From positions 72,540,001 to 72,604,000 of the forward strand of contig OZ241829.1 in the NCBI GenBank assembly GCA_965202585.1: a stretch of DNA of 64,000 bases, given 5' to 3'. This DNA comes from Thalia democratica. Lineage: Eukaryota. The notes beneath the pieces are model-generated. The model did no database searches, was not told the DNA's origin, and saw only the letters and a list, made by a program, of their open reading frames with translations. Position 1 is the first letter of the stretch; each line of letters starts with the position of its first letter. The translations under genes were made by a program, and so were the position numbers. Shown in pieces: positions 25,433 through 39,241 of this stretch.

Positions 25433-26357
25433 ATGCTACGGTTAAAATTCTAGACTGAAAAAAATTCAATGGGTGCTTTGATTCTCTGAATAGTGTTTAT
25501 ATTGAGTATGTTGTTATTCAGCCTGATATTTTTGTACTTTGTAGGGACTCTATATGGTTATATTTCAGTATAAAGTTGTAACTACTAAACCGTGTCACTA
25601 AAGAGCATTAACGTATTCGACCGACTGCCAACAACAACAAACTTTTTTATTGAAAAGGGTGAACAACTTGGTAAGCAACATTATGGGACATATTCCTTAC
25701 GTTGATGCGTTCATTTAAGTCACTTTGAATTAGACAACTTTTTATTTGCTCAAAAGTTTCTAGTTAAATCGCGCTTATTTCTTTGCCTTCGATAAAGGAA
25801 AGTATCTCAGATGATTTAGGTAAAATATCGTCAACTTAAGTATAAAAACATTGAGCAATAATTCATTACGAATTTATATGAGAAATTTAATACTTAGAAC
25901 TATAAATTCTACAAAATGTTCTGACAACTAAGTTTTTGCAATATAATTTGTTTATGAGTAATTTATTTAAAGTGAAAGTTATAAAATTAATAGTAAAAGA
26001 AACTTCGCTACTTATATTAAATTTTTACAACTTATGTTTGTTACAATTTTAAATAAATAAAAACCTACTTTAAACAGTTCAAACTATTTGAAAGTAAAGA
26101 TAATAGAAAACTCTTTAAGAAACATTAAAGTACCTTAAATAAAAAAAGTATACTTTTTGATATAAACTGTTAGTTTAAATTATAATATTTATACTGAATG
26201 AAGATAAATTTATAATAATTGTTCTAGAGTATCACCAACTCACAGCGTATGCCAAGGATCAGAGTTTCAACAACTATCAGGTCAAAATACTGGAGTTTGA
26301 CTTTTTCAATATGTAGAAAGGAGAGGTATGAAAAAGAAGACGGAATAGTTGAAGCAG
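25433..26357 (+). pseudogene. Small-exon gene for a probable secreted protein (exons 25433-25440, 25522-25556, 25666-25708, 25764-~25830, possibly 26228-26357), probably disabled
   Basis: ATG CTA CG|GTTAAA...TTCAG|C CTG ATA...TAT G|GTTATA splices in phase to MLRLIFLYFVGTLY(D)LVSNIMGHIPYVD. The 43-nt exon matches 19036-19078 in length and frame. The exon-3 acceptor AG is lost and exon 4 begins with a stop. Confidence 0.55.
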
Positions 26358-27067
26358 GTAAATAAAATAATTCTAAAGACTTCCATAAATATTAAGTAAA
26401 AGGTAACTTACACATTAATTGCACTAATTGATTAAAAGAAGAAAATGTGTCGCTAATAACTAACAAAAAAGTCCATTTCAAGTGCTTGTCACATCGTACG
26501 CTAGTTCTTGGAAAATATAAACATACTAATATACTTAATCTAAATTTTAAAAGCTTTCTATGGCAAATATAAACCAGTTTCAATCGCTTGGCTGAATAAT
26601 TACCATGAAAGTCTAACGAAATAGTTTGTTCAAATACTTAATATTACTTTTAACAATTAATTTAGTTTAAAACTTTAAAAAGAGTTCTATTTTTAAGCAC
26701 GGGCTAAGGAATAGTGTAAAACTATATGATTTCTTTTAGTGTGGTCATAATAGAGCAGTTTAATTACTGTAGTTTATAAAAACATATTCTCTGAATTTAA
26801 ACTTTTAGAATATTTTAATTTAAATCAAATATTTTTTTTTTTTAAACATTTCCTAGACTTAAACCGTGGTTTGCAAACAGTCTGCAGTACACTACACAAA
26901 TTTCATAATACAACTAATTAAATAATTTAAATTTATTTGAATTAAAATGGTTTTATTTGTTTTTATTTGCCTTGTTTTTAATTAAATGTTAACTTATTTT
27001 GGCCTGCATCAAAGTTATTTTTAATGCTATATTTACTTTTGTTAAGTATTTGGTAGAAGACGATGTA

Positions 27068-27808
27068 CAGTAACCTCTCGCATCTTTACGCACTCGTAAC
27101 GTTACGCACTCTCGTTTAGTTACGCATTTTAGAATTGTTAAAAATATTTTTTTTTTAATACTGCACAAGTTAGGCTTATTGTATATTTTTAATATAAAAC
27201 TTTTTTTTTAATGTTCACTCACCTCTCTATATCTTTAGAATTTGTAAACTTATGTTCCTTTACTAATTGATAATCATTCAGTTATACCTCAGTATTATTA
27301 TTTTTCTTATACTTCATATATTTTTGTTCATAAGAAGAAATCCATTACAGCACCAAATGCATATTTTTGTAAAAGGCTATAGAAACAAATTTTGATATAG
27401 ACACCAAACCATTTATTAATTGTAAACAAATGCTTATTTATAAATTGATTTTGCTGAGTAGAATAGAATTTAATGTTAAGTATCAAATAAGTCACATATA
27501 GATAAAGATAAAATCTACTTATAAAACACAAGTAAAATTTTTCTACGAGTATTATTGGTTTATATAAATATAAATTGTTTTTTTAGCATATGTATAGTTT
27601 TATCTTTTGTTTTCATATTTATAAATAAAGTAAACAAAATGTTTAAAGTCGGAAAGCCCCCAGTCTGCTTTAAACTAGAAGCAAAATAAAAAAACAGCCA
27701 TTATAGTATAGTAAGTATATTTGGTACCTCTCGTATCTTTACGATATCTCGCATCTTTACGCACTTTTTCTTTGGACACAATGTGCGTAAATAAGCGAGA
27801 GGTTACTG
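27068..27808. mobile_element. Tc1/mariner-pogo-type MITE, 741 bp
   Basis: TA|CAGTAACCTCTCGCATCTTTACGCAC...GTGCGTAAATAAGCGAGAGGTTACTG|TA: about 26-bp TIRs with TA duplication. The terminal motif CTCGCATCTTTACGCAC is repeated in direct orientation near 27745. No ORF. Confidence 0.9.
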
Positions 27809-28117
27809 TACTATAAATAAAAAAATGCTGTAAATTTAAATTAACAGTTGTTTTAGAGTTTTGTTTTAATTTTCTATTTATTACTTATGTTTTTTCAAAT
27901 TCTCCATCAAAATTGTTTTACATGTTTAATTGAAAAATGTGTAAAACGCTATTATTATACACGTTTATCCCTTCGTTTTGTTTTTTTTGATAAAAACGTT
28001 TCAATTTAAAGCAAATTGAATACTTCAGCAAACCGATATCAACGACACCGTAAAAAACATCTCTAATATTTTTACATCATATATCAATACTAGTAAATCA
28101 TGACGTCACGATATATA

Positions 28118-28260
28118 CAGGGTTGCCACTCGGTAAGGAAAAGTCAGGAAATCAGGAAAAGTAAGGAAAAATTATAAAAAAGACAAAAGTCAGGAAAAGT
28201 CAGGAAAAAATGGGGGGTTTTGAAAAAAAGTCAGGAAAAGTCTAGAAATTTGATAAAATT
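28118..28260 (+). mobile_element. Left end of a hAT-like non-autonomous element (right end not found)
   Basis: CAGGGTTGCCAC terminus at 28118 followed by clustered AAGTCAGGAA subterminal repeats. No matching GGCAACCCTG was seen downstream. Confidence 0.6.
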
Positions 28261-31200
28261 AAAAAAAAAGTCATATTTTGTCAGTTTAAATTTACAAAAA
28301 TCCTTGTTTTCCAAAGCCTTCAAATGGTAAACATTAATTAAAAGTCCTTAAAAGTAAGAATAAAATTCCAAAATTTTCCTAGAAATTTTCAAAAATATTT
28401 AATTTTATTTCCAATGCCTTCACCTGGACTAAATTAGTGAAATATCTTTTATAAAACTGCAAAAATTTTCTATTAACATATTGAAGAAATACCCTACTTA
28501 AACAAGCAGATTTTGTCAGCTTTTTAGTATTGATGATCTGATGCAAGGACACTTCCTTAGTGAAATTGTGATATATACACAAAAGTTTATCTAGCATAAT
28601 TTTAGAATCAAAGTGTTTTTTTGTTTAAGTAAATAATTGAGTTCCTTATAACTAAGCAGTTAGTTTAGTATTTTATGTAACAAGTTGATGTGTATACTTT
28701 ACCTCTTTATAATTTTTTCAAAGCTGTTTAAATTTATAAATTAAGTTATAAGAGAGGTATATGCCAAGATTAAGTTTACTTATTGTTTATATTTTTTGTA
28801 GAGTAACTTAAGTTTTTAAAGTAAATAAGAGTATATTTATTTGTTACAAATTTTATACTAAATGATAAGAGGAAATATTTTGTCATTAATTTTTTCATTA
28901 GTTAAACGTTAGTTGAAACTTGTACAGCTTCAGGTCCAATGTTTAATAAATTTAATAGCTCATTAAAGCCTTAAACTAAAGCAGTTTATTACAAAAAGTA
29001 TCTGATTAAAAAAAATTAAAAAATAAACAATTATAACTTTCAACATTTACTTTATTATACTATCAAAATATAAATAGTAAGTGTTTAAGAATGATCACCT
29101 AAATGTTTAATTAAAACAAGAGCTTTATTAGAAAAAAATGTTTTAATTAAAGTAAAAAAAGTTTGTTTAATACAAGTTGTTATCCTATAAATATAGTTCA
29201 AAGACTGTAAAAAAGACCCTACTAACTTTTAGTTAATGTTTTAAAAACTTGTATACGATACATATGTTTTAAACTAAAAATAAAGTTAAACACACGATAT
29301 AAATTATTTCAAAATAACTTTTTTACAGCTTAGTTCTCTGCAACATAAGGTCGTTATTGTATTTTTTGAAAGCAGTTCGGATTCTACAACAAAGATATGA
29401 ACACTATGGTTATTAATAAATTTCTATTTAACTATTAATTTTATTGAGAGCGAATAATAATAAAAAACAACTTTATATGGTTTTTAGTTGTTTTGAGAAT
29501 TTTTTTTTTTAATAATTTTATTTACTACTTAATAATTTTACTTTTAAAGTAAAACTCGTTTGTGAGTAACATAACTTCTTAAAGCTGAAGTTTTGTGACG
29601 TCACAAAACGATGGTTTGCTTTCAATGCTAAAAATCGCAATCTACCTTATGCTTGAACACAGACACCGTCTTTTTTATGTATACACTTGTATTATATATT
29701 ATCTTATTTTTTATCTTTATACTAATTCATCTTGCACTCTTATTGACATTAATTTATTACAGCATAAACATTTGAAATATTAAGTTGATAAGATTTTTGA
29801 AGTTTTAATAGTAGATAAAAATATTATGTTATATACACGACTATCTTAGTTGTTACTTAGAAATATACAGTTTAAATCAATTTGAAATGTTACTTTTAAA
29901 AGAGACGTTGTAAATAATTAAAGTAAGTTTTTTGTTTTATACTTTAACCAACTTAAAAATAACCTAAAAGTTTTTTATTTAATTTTTATAAAAAACATTT
30001 TTCAATAATTGATATGTTTCAAGAAATAGTAACAATAAACAAACTTATTAAAAATAATATTATTCTGTTTACTTATTTTCAGCGGTCTAGTCCTACTGTT
30101 TACTGAATTCAACTTGAAGGGAACATATATCCAATCAACTTCTAAATTATTCACACCGGTATAAACATTCTGCTTAGTGATAAATTAGCTTTACATTATT
30201 TTTATATAGAATACTATTGCTATTTTCAAATATTATCGAATAGCCACAATGTTTCAACATAACTTGTGTCTTATTGTTATAACAATAATCGGTATTTTAC
30301 TAAGTTTCACATTACTGAGGTCACACATTATACAAAGTATTCTTATACGTTTAATTGATAATTGTTTTATTTTTTTTACAATAAAAGAAAAGTGCTCAGA
30401 AGTTAAATATAACGACCTGGCTAACAAAAGAACCTTTCGGTTATCGAGTTGTACATTTAGAGTAAATCTATGACCAAATAACACATTGTTTGCAAATGAT
30501 GATCAAGTGTTATCTTCAGTCTAAACTTCTTAAATTGCTTTAAACTAAGATTGCTGAAGTAAAACTCGTGTGTTACGTCAAATAGATTCTTCAAAGGTGC
30601 AATTTTTGACGTCACTAAACGATGCTTTGCTTTCAAAACTGAAACAGCAGTTTGAAGCTGAAAATTGCAAACTAGTTAAAACTTAAACACATTTGCCATC
30701 TTTAAAAACTCGTAAGGTTTAAAGTTTTTTGATATGTTTGCATTTGTATTGGTATAAATTAAAGAAAAATAATTTAAAAAATTCTATTATTATAATTAAA
30801 AAAATTAAGAATTAAAATTGTTACTTATAAAATAAAACTTTTAATAACAAGTTAAGAATCATTTTTTATTTTTTTTTAAACTCTTTCATGCCCTTTTCTG
30901 TAAAAGTTCACTGAAAAAAGTAATTGCCATCTAAATAAAAATTCAAAGAGAGTTAAAATACGAAGCATTTAAATTAAAGCTTAACTTATTCTAATCAAAA
31001 AATATAAATGTTCTGATACATATACATTGTAATAATTGTAATTTCATAAATTATCGTTAAATTTATATCGGTATTTGAATAATTAAGATCTTTAATATAA
31101 AAGTAGCTTGATTGTTTTAGTTTAATCAACTTAGAAAAACAGCTGAAACAACATTTATTCCTAACAGAAGCACTTTTTACTAACAATGAACAGACTTATT

Positions 31201-32051
31201 AGAAATTACATATTTTAAATAAGATATCCGAAAATGAAGTCAAATTAAAGGGTTTGAGTTTTTTTAAAACCAAGAAAGGTATCAACAGAGATGTGAACCA
31301 TTGTTAATTACTAATACAGTATTTTTTTATATAAGTCCATTGATTTGTATGAAAACTGTAAATAGTTGTCCGCTGCAATTTATGGGCGCTTCTGATTAAA
31401 AAATTACTTCTGTTTAATTTAAATTTGTGTTTATATAGCAACTTTTTAAATCTAATTGTTTTATGTTCGAGTAAACTGGGTTAAGGATAGATGTTTTTAT
31501 TTCATAAAAGTATTGATTTCCTAAACATTAGCCTTATTTGCAAAATTTGTTAATTAAAAAAAGTTCCAAAATGTTAGTACTGAAACCAACCAGTAAATAA
31601 GCTACAATTTTCTCTAAATGATTTACTTTATCAAGATAATCCAAGTTTTATTGAGGTTTCTTAGTTGTATGTTATACAAAATAATTCTTACTTACAATTT
31701 AATCGATAAATATATAACTTTTATTAAGACTAATACAATCAGTTTTTGTTTACATTTTACCCTTAAACTATAAGACACACTAAGATGTTTTAAAATAACT
31801 TAAGTAAATGTTCAAAAAAACTTAATAAAAAATAGTCTTTTTTGCGCTATTTGTTTGAAATATCTCTTTAATGAAACATTTTTTTTATTTATCTTCAAAT
31901 CTATACGATTAAGTTAAGTTTTTAATAAAGCACAGTAATATTTTTTACGGCATTTTATAAAAACCATGCAGTTCATATTCATGTAATTTTATCAAAATAC
32001 GGACTAATATTTATTACTTCAGTTACAAGTTTAACCACTTAAATCATTGAA

Positions 32052-32421
32052 CTATGAAATCTTCTCTCAAAATTTTTACGTGTCATCATGAATCGCTCTC
32101 GTTTTGAATGACATCACAAGCGAATACCCACGAACGCTCGCGATCACAACATAAGTCATTCTCAAAGTACGCGCGATTGAATGTACTTTCCAAGTGATTT
32201 TTAGAGCTGCGTTTCTAATTTGCAAGTCGTATCTTACGACTATAAAATGTAACGTTTCAAAACTTTGCTGAATAAGCAAAAGCGGATTGTGACGTCACAA
32301 AACTTCTTCAAGCTGAAGTTTGGTGACGTCACAATCCGCTTTTGCTTTCAAAGCCGAAACAAAAGTTTAAAGCTGAAAGTTGATTTTTTTTTTTGCGCTC
32401 GATCACAGTCGCCATCTTTTT
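32052..32421 (+). promoter_or_regulatory. CpG-rich module: CGACTATAAA, CRE-containing hairpin, AAGCTGAA, GTCGCCATCTTTTT (most diverged copy)
   Basis: TATAAA at 32241; 33-bp-stem hairpin at 32274-32347 with two TGACGTCA; CGCCATCTT (reverse complement of YY1-like AAGATGGCG) at about 32410. The regulatory role is inferred. Confidence 0.5.
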
Positions 32422-35400
32422 ATGCTCGAAGCATTTGCGCTTTAACATAGTTGCAAATAAATTTCGCAGTTTAATTATTTTTCTGTAGTATAAACTTTAA
32501 AATCAAACTGTTAAAAAAAAAGTAAATTTAAACAAAAGAATGACACAATATCAAATATCCCATATCAAATGATTCTTTAACTTGAAAGCCTTAAGTTGGA
32601 AATATTAATAACAAGTTTTTGCTCTTAAGCAAATATTTTTTTTACAAATTAAAGAAAAAAAGTCTGAACTGTTTTTAAAAATAGAATAAAAATGTTGTAT
32701 ATGGATGTTAACCTAAGTAGTAAATTATGTTAGTATGAAAATATTAAAATTCACTTAAAACTTGTCACTTATAGTTCAACTGTTTAAGTGATTGTTTAAA
32801 ACGTTGTTTAATGTATTATTTTTTTAACAGTTAACAAGTTTTTGTTCAACTACAATATTTATTTTCAGTCGAAGTAAGTTGGATTGAACTGGTTGCCTTT
32901 GGATAAAACAAAAGGATAAAATTCACATTCTGGTTAGTTATAAATTGTTATTTTAATTACAATAGCTGATATCTACTTAGTTTTAATAAAAATGCTATCA
33001 AAATATGTGTATTTTTCAACAAATAGCTTTAAATTGTTTAAGCTCTAACAAGCATATTAAGATCATACTTATGATCTTTTAACAAAATATCATATAATTT
33101 TGAACTTTAAATTTTTTATTTATTTTCAATATTTGATATCAGTGTTCCTACTGCAGTTAGTCACATTTAAAAAAGATAAATAATGTAAAACTTATTACTT
33201 TCTATTTTTGGTGAAAAATGTCAATTAAGTTTTCTTTTCAATAAAAACATACTTAACTGCATTAAACTTAATTATAAATTCAGTGATCCATGAAAAACTT
33301 TTTCCAAGTTTTACATGTTTGAAAATTTCACATTACGTCAAACTATATTATATAAAACAACTTTCTTTCAAAATACTAATAAACTTTAATAAACTAACTT
33401 ACAAAAAGTAGTTTAGAATATGGTTTCTTACTTAAACTTCTAAAAATTGTCCATGTGTTAACTTATTCATATTTTTGTGAGGACGAAGACCATGTCGTTT
33501 AGTTATCCAGATTTTCAATATTCAAATATTACAGCAAATTTTACGTGTTTAAACTTTATGACGTCACAAAACATGTAACTCGAAAAAACTTAAAAATTCA
33601 ATTTAGTTTTATAAGGTCATTATAGTTCATTCTTTCTGAAGTTTTATTGTTGTTTATAACTCAAAACTTATTTAGAAGTATCAGACCCATTTAACTAACT
33701 TTAAAAAAATTTAATTGATTAAGTATAAATGAGATATAAAACATACCAAATTTAATAACTTCTACCAGTAATTTCTAAGTGTTAGTTATGACAACCTTTT
33801 AACAAAAGCTTCTTTTTTTTGAAATTTCAATTAGGTGCAACAAAGTTTTGTTTATTGTTTGAAACTATTAAACAGTTGTGTAACATAACTCCTGTTAATT
33901 ATACTAACAGTGTCTAGGCTAAGGGCTAAGGAACGTTTTTAACCGGCGGCTCGGATCCGAAAAATTAAGTCTCGCCGGAGCATTTCGAATAAGTGATTTT
34001 ACGGATCCACCAGGTTAACGCTTTTGGCGCTCATTAATGACGTCATCGGTGTTAAAGCAGCGAGGTGTAAACAATCTGGTTAGAAAATCCAACAAGCAAT
34101 TGTGCGTTTTAATATAGTTTAACTAAAGTGAATAATTAACAATAAAAAAAAGTGTATATAAAACATTTCAAGTCTTTATTTAGGTACTTAACTTGTTGTA
34201 AATTGAAAGTATTTTAAAAAGCAACATTAAAAATAGTTGCGCTTGCCTTACTAGCAGTGTCTTCAATCTAGCTTTTTATATTAAGAAAGACCTCATAAAC
34301 AACCTTAAAGTACTACTTTTCCACTCGTTAACAAACAAAGCGTAAAAAAAGTTATGTACTATTTGTATTTGAATTTCTTTAGAGGATAATGCTCTATAAT
34401 ACACAAGTACTTAAATTGTGTACTATTTTGTTATTAGTTCAAAACTAATTTTGCTAACTAAATAGAAAAATATAAAAATGAATATGTATTACAGTTTGTT
34501 TTATACTTTTATTAGTGCTAAGCACTTTTTAAGTTTCCAATTTTATTGTCCTTTTTAACTTTTTTAAAGTTTGGAATAACTCATTCTCATATTCACACGG
34601 TAGAAGTATAAGAGTAACATAATTATGACTCCCTTTGAAATAAATCGCCAATTAAAATAAATTTTATTATCCTTCAAAAGTTTATAATTTTTTTCAATTG
34701 TTAAAACTTATTAACCTTTCATCTTAGAAACATTTTAATTTTTTTAAACATTGTAAAAAAACATTGAAGACTTAATTGAGTTTAAAATTCTTTTATGAAG
34801 GCTTTTATCACTTTTCTATAAAAACCCAAAAATTTTGAGAAATAACCTCTTGGCTAAAATTTCAAAACAATATACCACAGAAACAAAAATGAAATGTTTT
34901 TATTTGCAGGCAGGTATAGCTGAAATAAGTTTTTAAAATACTGATAGTCAATTTCTTTTTTAAGTCTTTCAGTATTCGTTAAACAATTATGACGTCATAA
35001 GTGGGAAAAAACAAATTTTTCACTCATAAAACACCCGGTGGGCCAGAACTAATTATTTTAAATTGAACTTGCACAACTTCATATTTTTAGCTTGGTTTGA
35101 AGCTCTTAATATATAATATATTTGCTTATTGGCTAATAACCTTTTATTTTTATGTCGCTAGTCCAAGTGAGCAAAAATTTATTTAAGTTGTAAAGTCAAG
35201 ATTCGTAGGCAACACAAAATCGTTTAAAGTTTGTTTCACGATTCTTTTGCTCAAAATTATACAAATAAAAATGATTGACATGGAATAAAAACTTTATATT
35301 TTGACATTGATAGCCTTGTACGACAGAATATACATTAAGGTCTGTTACTTTTTTGTCATTATGAAACTAACCTAACTAAACTTGTTGAGTATTACCAATT

Positions 35401-36828
35401 ATAAAATTCTTTTGTTTTACTGATCTAAAAAAGTTTTATCTAAAGTATTTCAACAGCCAGAAAAGAAGCAGCGGTGACTTCTTCAACTGGGCAATGACGT
35501 CACTAGAAAAATGAATCACCAGTGAGATGCTCTGGTTAGTTCAACATATTCTTAAACTTTGCTTATTTAAAACACAGTAAATAAAGAATATATTTTTGCT
35601 TGTTTAAAATGCGATTAAAAAGTGGGTAAGTAATTAAAAAAAAATTATAATGACATTTTATGTGACCGTCTAACAAGTCAAACAATAAGAACAAACTTTA
35701 AAAATTACTTTAAATTGTTTCTAATCTCACCAAAAGCATCTTAAGAAATTATATAGTAACAAAATAATAATCTTTAAGATATCACAGTATAACTCGTTTA
35801 TTTTACTTTTTAAAATTGTAAAAACTTAGCATACATAGTTTATTTCAAGTTGTGTAACTTTAAGCAAAATATTATTTACTAAAATTTTTCATGAGTGACA
35901 CTTGTTTAGTAATAAATATTCATATTAAAATGACAATAAATAATTTTAAATCCTCATAACATTAAGTTATAAATTATATTTTAACAATTACTTAATGGTA
36001 ACCTATCTTACACTTTTCTTTATAACTTAATTTATGTTGAAAGAAGTTTCATAAATGAAGCATTCCAGTTGCCATAGTCGTTTTAACTAAAAAGCTTATT
36101 AATTAACTTTTCTTATTCTTAAAACTCTGTTGTCAGCGTATTTTCTAAGCTAAATAATGTTTATGAAATGTCACTACAAATAAGTAAGCTTATAAAAATT
36201 ACTAAATTCGAATATTTAGCTTAGAAAAATTTAACACTTTGTAAATACTACGAAAACACATTTGATAAAAAATTAGTTGGACCGTAGAACCTTTTAATAG
36301 GGTAATTATAATTTTACTTTAAAAGTATGAAACATTTTAAACAACAATTTTAAACAAGTGTTAAAAACAATTTTAATGGTAAATAACAACTGGTAAATGC
36401 AAAACGAAACTTTTAGTAACAAATTCAAATCCAATTTTTTACTGGTTTTATAGCTCTTTAATGCTTTGTTCTGTAACAACTCATCAATAATAGTATTTAT
36501 CTTCTAATTAAAAAATCGAATTAGTAAAAAAACTAACAATTTATAAAAAAGTTTATTTTATTCTAAAAATTTATATTGATAGACATGGCCATTTAATAAA
36601 TTATCGTTTAAATTTATTTATAATGCTATTTAAAATAAAAACATCAACAGCTCGTTTACTTTTTCATTAACCAATTTAGCAAAAAAGCTGCAAGATTTTT
36701 ATTCTTAAAAACACATTTAGTGATTTACATACCTTAAATGACATTAGCAATAAACAGACTTATTAGAAAATACATATTTTAACATTTTTTCCAACTTTAT
36801 AGATAAAATACTGCTGTATCATTTTTAG

Positions 36829-37008
36829 CCTTATACGCAAAATTTATTAGTAGGTAAAAAGTCTAAAATCTTTCTGCAGCAGCCCACCTGTGAAACAGCT
36901 AGAATCTTATCAGATTTGATTCGTTTTATCAACAGTTATACAAACTTTACTGGGGTTGCTCAGTTAAACAGTATGATATATAATGCCTACGTACGATTTA
37001 TAATTTAG
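36829..37008 (+). pseudogene. Array exon-like block 'P' (copies 40865-41042, 49147-49326, 56713-56891; decayed at ~31470)
   Basis: It starts exactly at a TCATTTTTAG acceptor. It is open for 59 codons in two copies (PYTQNLLVGKKSKIFLQQPTCETARILSDLIRFINSYTNFTGVAQLNSMIYNAYVRFII*) and frameshifted in the other two. Confidence 0.5.
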
Positions 37009-37356
37009 GGACATAAAACAGTCCAAGACTAAAAACATCCTAAAATCATTTTTTAATTTTATTTTACCTTAAAACTATAAGGCAAACACAATCGTTTTAA
37101 AATAACTTGTACAAGTATTACATAACAACTTAATTAAAAAATTATCTGTGTCAAGTTACTTACTTATTAACTAATAAAACTTACTTTATAATTTTTTAAC
37201 TTATGTTCATTATTTGTTTAAGTTTTTAATAAGGACACTTTGTTTTACATGCTATTATTAAAACATTGCATTCAATACTTTAAAAGATAAAACGTAACCT
37301 AAAACGGAAAAAGATTTATCATTTCAATTGCAAATTAAGCACTATAAGTAATCGAA

Positions 37357-37733
37357 CCATGAAACGATTCTCTCAACTTCCACGCGTCATCAATTTGCTC
37401 TCGTGTAAAACTACGTCACGACGAATTATCACGAACGCTCTCTCGATAACTTTACAATTTAGTCTCCGGTAGCTGCGTCCGTTACAATCGCTTTCCAGCG
37501 AATTGACAGTTATTTTGCTTCAATTTGCAAGTCGTTCAAACACGACTATAAATCATATCATTTAGAAACTCGGCTGGAAGAAGTGAAGTGGTTGTGTGAC
37601 GTAACAGACAGCTTTCGCTTGCAAAGCCGAAGTTTTGTTACGTCACAAAAGGCTTTTGCTACTAAAGCTGAAGCAGCATTTTTAGCTAAAACTTCAACTT
37701 ATTTACGCTTGAACATAGTCGCCATCTTTTTTT
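37357..37733 (+). promoter_or_regulatory. CpG-rich module, copy 1 (further copies 41383-41760, 49676-50051, 57235-57612; decayed versions about 29571-29680, 30571-30705, 48300-48600, 55525-55840)
   Basis: Same order of motifs: ACGACTATAAAT (37547), inverted GTGACGTAAC/GTTACGTCAC, AAGCTGAAGCAGC and GTCGCCATCTTTTTT. Confidence 0.5.
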
Positions 37734-39241
37734 ACGTTTAAGCTCATGACTTATAAATCGTTTTTGCAATTTTATTTTCAATAATTAAATGTAGCATGTA
37801 ATTGGAACATTATGTAAATAAGAGTTGCAAAATTAAACGAAAGGTTTGAATACAATTCCTTATCAAAAAATTCTTAAACTTTATAGTCTTGAGTTCCAGA
37901 ATTTGTAACAGTGTTTGCTTGTATTACATTAAAAAAACGAATTGATTTTACTACAAAAAAATAAGAGATTTAAATAAAATAATAAAAATGTTGTGGTTAA
38001 TTGATGATTACCTAAATATTAATATATGTTGATGAACTATAAAACTTTTAAATCTTACTTAAAACTTGTGACTTATTGTTCAACAACTGTCGCAAATAAC
38101 TTTCTTAGTGGTTGTTTTAAACATTGTTAAATTTTATATTTATTTATTATAAAATTAAAAATCAACAAAACTTTTTTAAACTAACTTTTTTAGCCGAAGT
38201 AACTTGAATTGAATCAGTGGAGTTTGGATACAACAAAAGAAGTATTCACATTCTTGTTAGTTATGAATTATTATTTCAAATACAGTAGCTGATGTCAATT
38301 TTGTTTAAATAAATATGCAGTCAAAAGTGTGTAAATTTTCCAACAAAAGTTATGTTTCAGCTTTAAGAATCACATTGAAATCATACTTATGTTCTTTTAA
38401 TGAGATATTGAAAGACTTTTAATTCGGAAAATTTGTGATTTAATTTATTTTCAGTATTTAATATCTATGTCCCTACTGCAGTTAGTCACATTTTAAATAA
38501 AATAGTGTCAAAATTTCTAATTTCTATATGTGGTGAATAATGACAGTTAAGTTTTCTTATCAACTGAAACATATTCACTTCATTAAATTTAAATTCAGTG
38601 ATCCATGAAAAGCTTTATCTAAGTTTTACACGTTTAGAAACAATTTCACGTGACGTCAAGAAATATCATACAATAACTTTCTTCATAATAATTTAATTAA
38701 CTAACTTACATTCAACTAATTAACTTACAAAGAGCAGTTTAGAATATAATTTCTTACTTTGACTTCTAAAAATTGTCCTTGAGTAAACTTATAACCATTT
38801 TAATAAGGTTAAAGGCTGCAAAAATATTTTGGTATTAAACATTTTTATACTCAAAATTTTACAGCAAATATTATGTGTCTAAACTTCATGACTTCACTAA
38901 ACATGTAACTCAAAAAAGCTTAAAAAGTCAGTTTGGTTTTTGAGTTCACTATAGTTCTTTTTTTTTTAATTTTTATTCTTGTTTATAACTTGAAACATGT
39001 ACAGAAGTATTAGACTAGTTAACTAACTTCATAAAAATTTTAATTGATTAAGTATAAATGATAAAGAAAATATACCAAATTTAACAACTTCTACCAGTAA
39101 TTTTTCGAGTCTTAATTATGACAACCTCTTAACAAAAACTTCTTTATTTTTGGGAATCAACTAGGTGCAACAAAAGTTCAGTTTATTGTTTGAAAGTATT
39201 AAACGATTGTGTAACATAACTCTTGTTAATTATACTAACAG

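Noticed and set aside
37572-37733. Pol III small RNA gene (TATA, GGCTGG start, T-run terminator)
   Set aside because: Internal T4-T5 runs would terminate Pol III early, and there is no similarity to any snRNA, Y, vault or 7SK RNA that I can recognise.
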